From the NCBI GenBank assembly GCA_963769935.1, contig CAVYNY010000027.1, positions 1 through 63,708 of the forward strand: DNA of 63,708 bases. Direction: 5' to 3'. A program made the translations under genes and the position numbers. The notes under the pieces are model-generated. The model worked only from the letters and a program-made list of their open reading frames with translations. It did no database searches and was not told the origin of the DNA. The stretch is from an uncultured delta proteobacterium. Lineage in GTDB: Bacteria; Desulfobacterota; Desulfobacteria; Desulfobacterales; JAFDCJ01. This document shows positions 49,502 to 60,206 of this stretch, piece after piece (position 1 is the first letter of the stretch; each line of letters starts with the position of its first letter).

Positions 49502-52258
49502 ATGGATAATATGATTGAGTTTAAAAGATGGGCACAGGTGATCAACACCTCGCTCAACGGTATATATGTATTTGATGTGAAACTCGGACGAAACGTGTTT
49601 ATCAACACTCGCTACACCGCACTTACCGGTTATAATTTAAACGACCTTATTACAATGGGCCAGGATCAGTTCTTCGAACTGTTTCATCCGGAAGACCGGC
49701 AACGGGTGGCCGAACACCTGGAAAAACTTGTTCACGGCAGCGACGATATGCTTGAAATCGAGTATCGCTTTAGGACCAAAGACGGCTGTTGGATTTGGTG
49801 CCTTTCGCGTGATTGCGTATTCGCCCGGGACGAAGACGACACAATTTCTCAACTTATTGGCACGTTCCTCGATATTACCGAGCGCAAACGGGCCGAGGAG
49901 GCGCTGCGCGAAGCGAAAGATGGGTTAGAGATTAAAGTCAGGGAGCGAACAGCCGAACTGCAGCAGGCAATAAAGCGACTCAAAGATGAAAATCAGGAAC
50001 GTATCCGAACTGAGCAGTCACTTAGATTGGAGGAAGCGCGGTTAGACGCCCTCTTGTATTTAAGCCGGATTAGCGAAGCTTCCCTCGAAGAAATCAGCAG
50101 TTTTATCCTCGAGCAGGCGATTGCGCTGACGCATAGTAAAATCGGTTTCGTGGGATTCCTTAACGAGGATGAATCAGTTTACACTCTTCATGCAGTTTCA
50201 AAAGACGTTGTAAAGGAGTGCGATGTAATCGGCGATCCGTTGCAATGGCACGTTGTTGATGCCGGCATCTGGGCGGATGCTATTCGCGAACGCAAGACCC
50301 TGTTTATAAATGACTACAGTAAACCCCATCCCAGAAAAAAAGGCCTTCCCCCCGGTCATCCTTATGTTGAGAGATTTATGGTGGTCCCTATCCTTGAGGG
50401 AGAAAGAATCGTGGCTGTCGCCGGGGTCGGCAATAAAGCCTCGGAATATGACACGTCCGACGAGCGGCAGTTGGTTTTACTCTTAAGCGGAATGTGGAGT
50501 TATGTACAAAAAAATCGCGCGAGAGAAGAACTGCACGAAGCTTACGATGAACTCGAAGAGAAAGTGAAACAGCGCACAGCCGAGCTCGCGGCGTCCGCAG
50601 CGACATTGCAGGAGAGTCAGAAAGATCTTAACCGCGCCCAGGAGGTCGGGCAGATCGGCAGTTGGCGGCTGGACATCCGCCGCAATGTCCTGAAATGGTC
50701 CGACGAAACGCATCGCATTTTCGGCGTGCCCAAGGGGACGCCGCTGAACTATGAGACGTTCCTGGGGATCGTTCACCCCGACGACCGCCGGTACGTGGAC
50801 ACCCGGTGGAAGGCGAGCCTGCGGGGAGAGCCCTATGCCACAGAACACCGTGTTTTGGTGAATGGGAAGGTTAAGTGGGTGCGGGAGAAGGCCTACCAGG
50901 AACTCGATGAAACGGGCACGTTGCTGGGCAGCTTCGGGATCAGCCAGGACATCACCGAGCGCAAGGAGGCCGAAGACAAATTGCGCCAGGCTAAAGCAAC
51001 AAGCGAGGCGCTCAACCGCATTAACGAGATGTTGCACTCAACGCTCGACTTTGACGAGATCATGCGACGGATCGTGGCTGTAGGCTCGGCTTTTCTGGGC
51101 AGTGAATCCGCGGCTATCTCTCTGCGGGTCGGCGGCGGCTGGATTGTCAGCCAGGTGGATGGAATTTCCTCCGATTATATCGGTGCCAGGATGGGGGACG
51201 ACCAGGAACGACACGCTGTTCTTGCATTAAAGTCCCGCCGGCCCGTGTCGGTGGACGACGCGTTCAGTGACGATCGCGTCAATAAGGAGCATATGCGTCG
51301 TCATAATATCCGTTCTGTGTTGGTTGCTCCATTAATCCTTCGCAATGAAGAGCTTGGAGCTATATTTTTCAACTACCATACCGCCCGACACGAGTTCACG
51401 GAAGAGGATCTGAATTTCACCAAGCAAATGGCGTCCATTGCAGGTATCGCTCTTGCAAACGCCCGGCTATTTGACGCGCGTAAGACTGCTGAAGATGAAG
51501 TCCGAAGGGCCAACCGTGAACTTGAAGAGCGGGTGAGAGACCGAACAGCTGAAATTGAGGCGCAGTATAAAGAGCTCAAAGAGCTGAATAGCATGATCAA
51601 GAGGCTGTCTCATAAAACCATCAAGGCCATGGAAAGCGATCGAAAGGCTCTTTCGAAAGAAATCCATGACAGCATCGGGGGTACCCTGGCCGCCATCAAA
51701 ATGCAGCTGGAGGCCCGGATGAGCCGCATGAAGCCTTCGGCGCAGGATTTGCCTTCAGATTTAATTCCCTTTGAAAAAATAGTGGTACATTTAAGTGAGG
51801 CCATTAAGGAGACCAAGCGAATCTCATGGCAGCTGCGCTCGCTGACCCTGGATGATTTCGGGTTAAAATCAGCGCTCATTGAACATATCGGACGCTTTAA
51901 AAAATTTTACCCCGCTATAGAAGTCGTTTCTCAAATTGAAACTCCAGACCAAGACATTCCTGACGAAATTCAGACAGTGCTTTACCGCATCGTTCAAGAG
52001 GCCCTGAACAATGTCGGCCGGCACAGCGATGCAACGCTGGTGGTCGTCAAGCTGACCAACCCCCAAAACCAAATTTGGCTGAAGGTTGAAGATAACGGCT
52101 GCGGTTTCGACTTGCAGAAGACGCTGGCGGGGACGCAATCACTCACATGCTTCGGGGTTCACAGCATGCGCGAACGCGCCGAAATATGTAAGGGAAAATT
52201 TCAGATTTATTCTGAACCAGGATACGGAACCACTATTGATGTTTACATCCCTGTTTGA
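49502..52258 (+). CDS. PAS/GAF sensor histidine kinase (HisKA_3 type)
   Basis: PAS-GAF-PAS-GAF; KEIHDSIG H-box; QEALNNV, DNGCGF; no cognate regulator nearby. Confidence 0.92.
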   Translation: MDNMIEFKRWAQVINTSLNGIYVFDVKLGRNVFINTRYTALTGYNLNDLITMGQDQFFELFHPEDRQRVAEHLEKLVHGSDDMLEIEYRFRTKDGCWIWCLSRDCVFARDEDDTISQLIGTFLDITERKRAEEALREAKDGLEIKVRERTAELQQAIKRLKDENQERIRTEQSLRLEEARLDALLYLSRISEASLEEISSFILEQAIALTHSKIGFVGFLNEDESVYTLHAVSKDVVKECDVIGDPLQWHVVDAGIWADAIRERKTLFINDYSKPHPRKKGLPPGHPYVERFMVVPILEGERIVAVAGVGNKASEYDTSDERQLVLLLSGMWSYVQKNRAREELHEAYDELEEKVKQRTAELAASAATLQESQKDLNRAQEVGQIGSWRLDIRRNVLKWSDETHRIFGVPKGTPLNYETFLGIVHPDDRRYVDTRWKASLRGEPYATEHRVLVNGKVKWVREKAYQELDETGTLLGSFGISQDITERKEAEDKLRQAKATSEALNRINEMLHSTLDFDEIMRRIVAVGSAFLGSESAAISLRVGGGWIVSQVDGISSDYIGARMGDDQERHAVLALKSRRPVSVDDAFSDDRVNKEHMRRHNIRSVLVAPLILRNEELGAIFFNYHTARHEFTEEDLNFTKQMASIAGIALANARLFDARKTAEDEVRRANRELEERVRDRTAEIEAQYKELKELNSMIKRLSHKTIKAMESDRKALSKEIHDSIGGTLAAIKMQLEARMSRMKPSAQDLPSDLIPFEKIVVHLSEAIKETKRISWQLRSLTLDDFGLKSALIEHIGRFKKFYPAIEVVSQIETPDQDIPDEIQTVLYRIVQEALNNVGRHSDATLVVVKLTNPQNQIWLKVEDNGCGFDLQKTLAGTQSLTCFGVHSMRERAEICKGKFQIYSEPGYGTTIDVYIPV

Positions 52259-52353
52259 AGCTTCAGCACACATTTAATTAGGATTGCCCGGCAGCTTTTT
52301 TCTATGGAGGGGTAAACCCGTTGAATAATAACCAACCCTAAAACAGGAGGTAG

Positions 52354-53325
52354 GTGATGAACAAAGTTGCTATCAGGTTTATCGTTTTATTTGCCCTCGT
52401 CATTATCATTTTGCCCGGAAGTGTTTTTTCAGCCGAATACCCGAGCAAGCCCCTGACTTACATCATTTGTTTTAATCCCGGTGGAGAGTCGGATATCACC
52501 GCCCGAATTCAGGAGCCGGTTCTGAAAAAGTATTTCGGTCAGGAGGTTGTCGTTACTTACAAGATCGGCGGCGGCGGGTCTGTCGGCTGGTCCGAGTTGG
52601 TTCGGAGCAAGCCGGATGGCTACACCATTGCCGGCGACAACCTTCCGCACATAGTCCTCCAGCCGCTTGAACGGGGCAACGCAGGATACAACACTTTGGA
52701 CCTTAAGCAGATCTACATGTTCGAAAGCACCCCGAACTTACTGGTCGTTCGGCAGGACAGCCCCTATAAAACGCTCAAGGACTTCGTCGATTATGCCAAA
52801 AAGAATCCTCCCGGGATCGTCACCGTCGGGGGCAGCGGCAGTTCGACCGCCAACGACCTGGGGACCACGATGCTCAACAAAGCCGCCGGTATCAAGTTGA
52901 CCTATATTCCGTTCGGCGGCAGCGGCTCGGCCGTACCCGCTCTTCTGGGCGGTCATGTAACCGCGCTGATGACTTATTCCACAATGGGAGTTCAGTACAA
53001 AGATAAATTCCGAGGGCTGGCCATCGCTGCGGAAGAGCGGATGGCAGTCCTGCCGGATGTGCCGACCTTCAAGGAACAGGGATATGATATCGTGGAAGGC
53101 GCTTATAGAGGCGTTGTCGCGCCTCCGGGGACTCCGGATGACATTATCAGAAAACTGGCTGATGTCTTTGAAAAGGTCATGAAAGACCCGGGAGTTCAAA
53201 AAAAAATGGACGAAAACGGTTTCAAAACCGAGTATATGGGGCCTGAAGCGTCCCTGAAGCTGGTGAAAAAGAAGATGGTGGAATACAAAGCCATCATGGA
53301 GGAGCTGGGCCGCATCAAGAAGTAA
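52354..53325 (+). CDS. Tripartite tricarboxylate transporter binding protein (TctC-like)
   Basis: YPSKP, PGGESDITAR, PDGYT, IPFGG, PDVPTFKEQG. Confidence 0.93.
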   Translation: MMNKVAIRFIVLFALVIIILPGSVFSAEYPSKPLTYIICFNPGGESDITARIQEPVLKKYFGQEVVVTYKIGGGGSVGWSELVRSKPDGYTIAGDNLPHIVLQPLERGNAGYNTLDLKQIYMFESTPNLLVVRQDSPYKTLKDFVDYAKKNPPGIVTVGGSGSSTANDLGTTMLNKAAGIKLTYIPFGGSGSAVPALLGGHVTALMTYSTMGVQYKDKFRGLAIAAEERMAVLPDVPTFKEQGYDIVEGAYRGVVAPPGTPDDIIRKLADVFEKVMKDPGVQKKMDENGFKTEYMGPEASLKLVKKKMVEYKAIMEELGRIKK

Positions 53326-53435
53326 AAGCCTGAATCCTGCAAAACCCAGGAAGAAGCCGCTTTCAACGCACATGCGGGCGGATATGCCGGTGCCAACATC
53401 CCGGGATATCCGCGCGCAGAAAATGAGGTCCTTTC

Positions 53436-54965
53436 ATGTTTGGACATATTCTTCTCGGTTTTAATCATCTTCTCACCTTTCAGAATTTGCTGCTGGTGTT
53501 GGCCGGAACGGTCGCGGGCATGATCGTCGGGGCGCTCCCGGGTCTGACGGCCACCATGGCCGTCGCCCTGCTGGTGCCGTTTACCTACACGATGAGTCCC
53601 ATCGCCGGTCTGGTGACACTGGGTGCAATCTACATGGGATGCATCTACGGCGGCGCTTTCAGTGCCATTCTCATCAATACGCCGGGAACGCCCAGTTCGA
53701 TCGGCACAACCTTCGACGGATATCCCATGGCAAAACAGGGCCGGGGCGAGGAAGCCATCGTGGGGGCGACGATCGGTTCCGCCATCGGCGGACTTTTCGG
53801 AGTCGTCTGCCTGATTTTTCTCAGCCCGCCGCTGGCCGATATCGCACTCAAGTTCGGCCCGGCTGAATATTTCTGGGTCGGGGTCTTTGGCATTACGATT
53901 ATTTCCAGTCTTTCCGAAGGCGCCTTTCTGAAGGGGATCACGGGGGCGGCTTTCGGCGTTCTGATTTCAACCATCGGCATCGCGCCCATCGGCGGCGATG
54001 TTCGCTTTACCTTCGGCCTTCCCGCCATGCAGGGCGGCGTTGAACTGATCGTCATGCTGATCGGCCTGTTCTGCATTCCCGAGCTGCTCAATCTGGTTCT
54101 GCAGGGGGAGGCCCGCAAAGAGCAAATCGAATACAAACGCTCCAAGGGGGTATTATGGAAGACGATCCGCCGGGTTTTTTCCAGGCCGGGGAATCTGTTG
54201 CGCTCTTCCATCATCGGGACGGTTGTCGGCATCCTGCCGGGGGCCGGGGGTAATATCGCCAATCTGGTTTCATATAATGAAGCCAAGCGGGCATCCAAAA
54301 CTCCGGAGAAATTCGGCACCGGGATCATCGACGGAGTTGTAGCCACCGAAACCGCCAACAACGCCGTCGTCGGCGGCGGCATGATACCGCTGGTAACGCT
54401 GGGGATACCCGGGGCGCCGCCCGATGCCATCATCTACGGTGTTCTCATGCTTCAGGGGCTGCGGCCCGGCCCGGAATTGTTCGCCGAGCGGGCCGATATC
54501 ACTTACACCTTCATGCTGGCGGTGGGGTTGGCAGCCATTGTCATGGTCCCGGTAGGAATTTATGGCGGCCGCCTCATGTCCCGTTTTGTGTCGACCCTCT
54601 CCACCCGCTACCTGGTTCCGGGGATCGCCATTCTCACGATTGTAGGCTCCTATGCTATTCGCAACAACTTTTTGGACGTTATCCTCATGCTCGTCTTCGG
54701 CGTGGTCGGATTCGGCTTGCGGCGCCTGGGTTTTACGGGGCCGCCGATCGTATTGGGGCTTATTCTGGGACCATTGATGGAAACAGGACTGGTCCAAACC
54801 TATCTGACGGGGCAAAGATTTGCATCGCCCTGGTTTGCCCTGTTTGTCAATCCCATTTCATGGATCCTCATCGCGATGTCCATTTTTTCGTTCCTCTGGC
54901 CGTATTTCAGTTCGATCTTTAAGTGGCTGAAAGGGGATCGGTCATCTGGAGAGCGGACAGGGTAA
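53436..54965 (+). CDS. TTT large permease (TctA-like)
   Basis: GALPGL, ILINTPGT, FDGYPMA, ETANNA, LGIPG. Confidence 0.95.
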   Translation: MFGHILLGFNHLLTFQNLLLVLAGTVAGMIVGALPGLTATMAVALLVPFTYTMSPIAGLVTLGAIYMGCIYGGAFSAILINTPGTPSSIGTTFDGYPMAKQGRGEEAIVGATIGSAIGGLFGVVCLIFLSPPLADIALKFGPAEYFWVGVFGITIISSLSEGAFLKGITGAAFGVLISTIGIAPIGGDVRFTFGLPAMQGGVELIVMLIGLFCIPELLNLVLQGEARKEQIEYKRSKGVLWKTIRRVFSRPGNLLRSSIIGTVVGILPGAGGNIANLVSYNEAKRASKTPEKFGTGIIDGVVATETANNAVVGGGMIPLVTLGIPGAPPDAIIYGVLMLQGLRPGPELFAERADITYTFMLAVGLAAIVMVPVGIYGGRLMSRFVSTLSTRYLVPGIAILTIVGSYAIRNNFLDVILMLVFGVVGFGLRRLGFTGPPIVLGLILGPLMETGLVQTYLTGQRFASPWFALFVNPISWILIAMSIFSFLWPYFSSIFKWLKGDRSSGERTG

Positions 54966-54985
54966 ATATCAGGAAGGGGGTTTTT

Positions 54986-55456
54986 ATGAGCGCTTCATTT
55001 CGCGATCGATTGGGATCGATCATTATGCTGGTTTTTATTGCTGTTCTGTGGGTACAACGGGACTATACGACCCCCTTCGGCGGTATTTTCCCCGACCGGA
55101 TCATGATCATCATGACGGGTTTTGTCGTTATCACCCTGATCCTGTCATTTACCCGCTTCCGGGTAATGGCGGATACAGACAAGAAAGCGGAAAATGAGGG
55201 CGGGGAGCGGTGGTCCGATATGGGGGTGGTCATCGCCATCCTGTTGTTGTGGGTGCTGCTGCTGCGCTATGCAGGCTTTGCCCTGTCGGGAGTAGTGGGC
55301 TTCGCGTCCATTGCCTGGTACATCAGCGGGCAGCGGAAAGATTGGCAGACGATTGCCAAAGCGCTGGCCCTGGGACTGGCCATCACGTACCTGATCATCC
55401 TTATTTTCGGCCACCTGTTGCAAGTCCCGCTGCCCCCAGGCGATATTTTCGGCTGA
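54986..55456 (+). CDS. TTT small permease (TctB-like)
   Basis: About 4 hydrophobic segments; ends [10 protein letters not shown]. Confidence 0.88.
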   Translation: MSASFRDRLGSIIMLVFIAVLWVQRDYTTPFGGIFPDRIMIIMTGFVVITLILSFTRFRVMADTDKKAENEGGERWSDMGVVIAILLLWVLLLRYAGFALSGVVGFASIAWYISGQRKDWQTIAKALALGLAITYLIILIFGHLLQVPLPPGDIFG

Positions 55457-55512
55457 TGGAGATGGAGACTATCGTTCGCTTCCTAAAAACCTCATCAAAG
55501 GAAAAAAATATC

Positions 55513-56617
55513 ATGCGTATCACCGAAGTAAAGGCTGAATTATTGCGGATGCCGCTGCCGCGCCCGATGCAGTCGGGTTCTTCCAGCGGTAAAAAAGGCG
55601 GGCCGGTAGGTCATATCAACATGCCGCTTGTATTCATCACCACGGAAGCCGGGATTCGGGGCGTCGGGTATTCCTGGAGCCTGCTGGGCGGCGCAACGGC
55701 CACCCGCTGCGTCCTGCAGGACGATTTTGCGCCCCTGCTGATCGAGGAGAATGCGCTTGACCACGAGCGGCTTTGGGAGAAGCTGTACCGGCGACTGCAG
55801 TCGGTCGGCCGTCGCGGACTGGTTACACAGGCCATGGCGGCCGTCGATCTGGCCCTATGGGATATTAAGGGCAAAATCGCCGGCCTGCCGGTATACAAGC
55901 TGCTGGGCGGCAGTCGGGAAAGCGCGCCGGTCTATGGCTCCGACGGCGGCTGGCTGTATATGAGCGTGCCTGAGATGCTGGCGGCTTTCGAGGGTTATCT
56001 TGCGCAGGGAATGATGGGCGTTAAAATGAAGATCGGCCATGACAGACCCGAAGGAAGACATTCGACGGGTAAGCGAAGTTCGTAAGGGACTTGGCGATGA
56101 TGTCTGGATCGCCGTTGACGCCAACCAGAAATGGGATCTCCCGACGGCCATGCGGGTAGGGCGCGAGCTCGAACAGCTCGGCGTTGCCTGGTTTGAAGAA
56201 CCATTGTTGTGTGAGGATATTGCCGGCCATGCCAAACTCGCAGCGGCCCTGGATATTCCCATTGCCATGGGAGAAACCCTGGGGTCGCGTTTCGAGTTCG
56301 ATGCATATTTGCGTGCAAATGCGGTCGATATACTGCAGCCGGATATTATCCGGGTCGGCGGCATCACCGAAATGGTCAAAGTGGTGACGCTGGCCGATGT
56401 GGCCCAGTTGCCGGTGGCGCCGCACCACATGATGGAATGCACCATTCAGGTGGCCTGCGGTGTCATGAAATCGGGTCCCATCGAGTACATGCCGTGGGTG
56501 GCAGGCGCATTTGCGGAGCCGATGCAAATTGAAAACGGCCGGATGCTGCCGCCGCAGAAACCGGGCTTGGGGCTGGAGATTCCCGAGGAGATCATTCAGC
56601 GCTATCGGGTGGGATAG
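55513..56617 (+). CDS. Mandelate racemase/enolase superfamily protein, +1 frameshift near 56044
   Basis: [15 protein letters not shown] | VDANQ, WFEEP, MGE, LQPD, PGLG. Confidence 0.9.
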
Positions 56618-56894
56618 TTTTTAAAAGACCCACGGTGCTTGCGCATGTAACTGAGGAATTTTCTGCGAAGATCAGTGGACATCGTTATACCTCCTTGGCA
56701 ATAAAGTTGATAAAAAAAAGGTTTTACCTTTGAACAAAATTCAATCTGAAATAGGGCAGGGCAAGCGAAAAATCATATTTTTTTTGGCTTTTGAATAAAG
56801 CATAATCGGGTGTTTATACCTCTGGTTTGGATAGAATTCGTAATAATTACAGTGCGCTCTGAGGACCAATCTACAACTGGGGTAAATGGGGGAA

Positions 56895-56983
56895 CCCTTG
56901 AGGATGCCACCTAACAAATATGGCCGCCAGTGAATCTGGCGGCCTTTTTTATTGCCATCGTGAAAGACCTTTGTCCAGGCCAT
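56895..56983 (+). repeat. att copy 3: degenerate tRNA-Glu 3' end + terminator
   Basis: cccttgaggatgccacc...ggccgccag...tctggcggccttttttattgcc..cgtgaaag...ggccat. Confidence 0.8.
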
Positions 56984-57003
56984 CCCGCTTTGCCGTGCGG
57001 GAC

Positions 57004-57023
57004 AATCACGCCGTGGCGTGATT
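57004..57023. repeat. 20-bp palindrome (also at 21692-21711)
   Basis: aatcacgcc-gt-ggcgtgatt. Confidence 0.75.
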
Positions 57024-57307
57024 TAAATCCCTCCTGGGAAGCACTTCCTAAGAAATCATTACCTTGGTCTGTATCTTGTCAGTGCCAAGTATAATTAACC
57101 TGTCCCCTTTTCCTTGTCCCCTTTTCCTTCCCTTTACTTGAGATTCAACAGTTCTTGAAAAAAAGGAAATATATCAGTATAGGGAAGGCTGTTCCCTTCA
57201 TCCGTCTATTCACTTTTGATGCTTCGGATGGAAATGGCGGGTCGGGGGAATTCGAAAGGCACCGGTTTGCGAGCATTTTTGCGGACGGTGGAAATCAGGG
57301 TAGGCTA

Positions 57308-57344
57308 TGTAATTTGTTTCACACTGTAGGAAATTTGTTTCACA
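57308..57344 (+). promoter_or_regulatory. Putative enhancer-binding-protein sites
   Basis: TGT-N10-ACA at 57308; aatttgtttcaca repeated with 21-bp spacing, ~170 bp upstream of the sigma54 site. Confidence 0.6.
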
Positions 57345-57494
57345 TTTTTGGGGGAAATCAAGATGGCACTGCGGGTAACAATCGGGTGACATGGTTTTCA
57401 CAGACAAAAGTTAGATTAATTATCTACCAATATTTCAGGAGCTAAAAGCGGCTGCTGAATTTGCCCGGCAATCGCAGCTGAAATTGGGGTTTTC

Positions 57495-57510
57495 TGGCAC
57501 AGGTTTTGCT
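57495..57510 (+). promoter_or_regulatory. Sigma54 (-24/-12) promoter of the EPS operon
   Basis: TGGCAC-AGGTT-TTGCT exact consensus. Confidence 0.8.
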
Positions 57511-57714
57511 GGGTGTGACGGCGGTGTCCATCGAGGCCTTGCCGTTGAATTTTGAATGTGGAAAGGACACCATTCTTCCGGAGTACCGATCACTAATTTT
57601 TAAACATATTGAAGCGGTGGAAAATTTTTTCGCATTAGAACTAAACCCCTGCACCGTCGCATTCAGGTTCGGGGGTCAAGATATAAGGCAAAAGCAAGCG
57701 CCGGGTTTCAGGTT

Positions 57715-57797
57715 CCCCGGTTAAATCCGCTGGGTTGATTTCTGCGAAACCCCGGTAAAACAGGCTTCGCATTTCACTGGGCCGGTATTTAACGGGG
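57715..57797. repeat. Nested palindromic element
   Basis: Outer ccccggttaaat/atttaacgggg, inner cccggtaaaa/tttcactggg around gcttcgc. Confidence 0.65.
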
Positions 57798-57955
57798 CAG
57801 GCAGGGTTCAAAGGCTCGGGAGTCTCGCTGAAGGCGGACCGGATGCCACAGGCTCCCGGTGGCTGGGCGGATATCTGAACCCTGAATCCTGACGCTCGAT
57901 GCCTGACATACAAACCATCTGAGACTTAAATCTAAGATCTTAAGGATTGATATAG

Positions 57956-59470
57956 ATGGAAAATAGGGAAATGCGATCCACCGAACCTGCCCGAACCTCT
58001 TCGCGGGACTTTCTCCGCGTCCTTTTTAAACGCAAAACCCAGATAGTGTTGTTCTTTGCGGTTACCTTCGTGACCGTAGCGGTGGGCACATTTGTTGCCA
58101 AACCCACCTACCAGGCCGTCGCCCAGATCCTGGTCAAAGTCGGCCGCGAGAACATCTACGTGCCCGAAACCGGCAGCTCCAACCCGGTGGTCAGCATCAA
58201 CCGCGAGGAGCAAATCAATTCCGAGATTGAAATCTTAAAAAGTCCGTCGCTGGCCAAGGATGTGGTGGAGGCAGTGGGGCCGGCCGTGATTTACCCGCAG
58301 CTCGGCGACCACAAGCCGGGAGTTCTGGCATCCATTCTTCCGGCCGGCAAAGAAAAAAATGACGAAGCCCTTCCGGTTGAAAACGCGCTGCTGGCGCTGC
58401 AAAAGCAGCTGGATGTTCAGGGCATCAAAAAATCAAACGTCATCGAGGTCAGCTTCAAGCACCACGACCCGCAGATGGCCGCTTTTGTGGTCAACACGTT
58501 GGCCCGGCGCTATCTCGACCGCCACGTGGAGGTTTACAAGACCCCGCACTCCTACGAATTTTTCCAGCAGCAAACCGACTTGCTGAAAAAAAAGCTCACC
58601 GCGGCCGAAGACCGGCTCAAGGCCTTGAAGGCGCAGCATAGCATCACTGTGCTGGCCGATCAGCAAAGAATTTTGTTCCAGCGCACTCAGGACGCTCGTA
58701 TGGCCTTGAACGAGTCCCAAAGCCGCAGCGTGGAGGTCAAAAACCGCATCCAGCTGCTCAGCCAGCAGCTGGGGGGGCTGCCCAAAACCATCGCCCAGGG
58801 CGAGGAAATCGACAATAATCCCTATATCATCAACACCCTGGAGGCCCGCCTGGTGGAGCTGCAGCTGCGCGAAAAGGAGCTGCTGGCCAAATACACCGAG
58901 GAAAGCCGTCTGGTCAAAAATGTCCGCGACGAGATCCGGGTGGTCACGGACAAACTGGCCTCCCAGGAGAATAAACGCTACGGCAAAACACGCTCCGGGG
59001 TGAACCCCACTTACCAGAATCTGCAGGAGGAGCTGCTGCGCAACCAGGCCGATTACAAGGCCCTGACGGCCAAAATCGAATCGCAGCAGCACCAGTTGGC
59101 GGCCTACCAGAAAGAGCTGGCCGATCTCAACAAAATCGAGGTGATGAACGATCAGCTGCAGCAGGAAGTGGATGTCGATCGCCAGAACTACCGGATGTAT
59201 CTGACCAAGTTCGAGGAGTCGCGCATCTCCGATGCCATGGACTCGGAAAAAATCACCAGCGTCAGTCTGGTCGAACCGGCCCAGGTGCCCATAAAGCCGG
59301 TCAGCCCTAAAAAGGCGCTCAACCTGGTGCTGGGTTTTTTCCTGGGAGCCATGGGCGGCCTGGGTCTGGCGTTTTTCATGGAGTATCTGGATGACAGCCT
59401 GGACAGTGTGGAGGACGTGGAGGCGGCGCTGGATGTGCCGGTGCTGATCTCAATCCCGTGCGAGAAATAA
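57956..59470 (+). CDS. Polysaccharide copolymerase/chain-length determinant (GumC/Wzc periplasmic part)
   Basis: N-terminal TM, INSEIEILKS, coiled coils, PIKPVSPKK + C-terminal TM. Confidence 0.92.
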   Translation: MENREMRSTEPARTSSRDFLRVLFKRKTQIVLFFAVTFVTVAVGTFVAKPTYQAVAQILVKVGRENIYVPETGSSNPVVSINREEQINSEIEILKSPSLAKDVVEAVGPAVIYPQLGDHKPGVLASILPAGKEKNDEALPVENALLALQKQLDVQGIKKSNVIEVSFKHHDPQMAAFVVNTLARRYLDRHVEVYKTPHSYEFFQQQTDLLKKKLTAAEDRLKALKAQHSITVLADQQRILFQRTQDARMALNESQSRSVEVKNRIQLLSQQLGGLPKTIAQGEEIDNNPYIINTLEARLVELQLREKELLAKYTEESRLVKNVRDEIRVVTDKLASQENKRYGKTRSGVNPTYQNLQEELLRNQADYKALTAKIESQQHQLAAYQKELADLNKIEVMNDQLQQEVDVDRQNYRMYLTKFEESRISDAMDSEKITSVSLVEPAQVPIKPVSPKKALNLVLGFFLGAMGGLGLAFFMEYLDDSLDSVEDVEAALDVPVLISIPCEK

Positions 59471-59938
59471 TGTCTCACACAGAGCTCACAGCGCGGATTA
59501 ATAATCGACCGGCGGGCGCCATGGAAAAAATATCTCACACAGAGCTCACGGAGGGCACAGAGAATTAAGATCAGGCGGCTGGCGCCGGTAAAGAATGTCT
59601 CACACAGAGCTCACGGAGGACACAGAGAAATAATTAATCTGCCGGCTGTCGCCGGGAAAAAAACCTCTGAGGACTCTGCGGGCTCGAGTGAACGAAGTGA
59701 ACGGGCGTGAGGCAATATCTCACACAGAGCTCACGGAGGACACAGAGAATTAAGATTCAGGCGGCTGGCGCCGGTAAAGAATGTCTCACACAGAGCTCAC
59801 GGAGGACACAGAGGAAATAATACTGCCGGCTGTCGCGGGGAAAAACAACCTCCCTCTGAGGACTCTGCGGGCTCGAGTGAACGAAGTGAACGGGCGTGAG
59901 GCAATATGTCACACAGAGCTCACGGAGGACGCAGAGAA
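59469..59938 (+). repeat. Array A: six copies of aatRtctcacacagagctcacggagRRcacagag
   Basis: Copies at approx. 59469, 59529, 59594, 59714, 59780, 59903; higher-order ~187-bp duplication; complementary arms ctctgaggactctgcg. Confidence 0.92.
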
Positions 59939-59943
59939 TTTTC

Positions 59944-60151
59944 AGACAGGATTTACAGGATGAGTTGGATTTTTTTCGCCTCCGGCGAAGGTGAAACAGC
60001 CTGCAGGGAATCAGGTAGGAGATGATGGTTATAGTAGTAATTTTAGCCTTTTGAATCAACTGTTTTCCGCTGAAAGCGGATTTACCTGGATCACTTTCTT
60101 CCGGAAAGTGAGCCAAAAAATTAAATCCCAATGATCCGGTAGATCCTGTCT
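59944..60151. repeat. Element B copy 1 (~205 bp, 9-mer periodic terminal inverted repeats)
   Basis: agacaggatttacaggat...atccggtagatcctgtct. Confidence 0.88.
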
Positions 60152-60206
60152 ACAAAAAAAATAAAATCAGAGGCAAGCTGCGAAAGGCAAAAAAAGAGAG
60201 GTTGCA

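Larger units (their letters stand above)
13487..56910. mobile_element. Tandem genomic islands at tRNA-Glu (approx. 13487-21596, 21597-40507, 40508-56910)
   Basis: Copies of tRNA 3' end + terminator at 21579, 40492, 56895; accessory cargo, pseudogenes, strong GC swings. Confidence 0.8.

Noticed and set aside
59469..59938. CRISPR array
   Set aside because: The intervening sequences are themselves repeated and variable in length, there is a higher-order duplication, and no cas genes are present.
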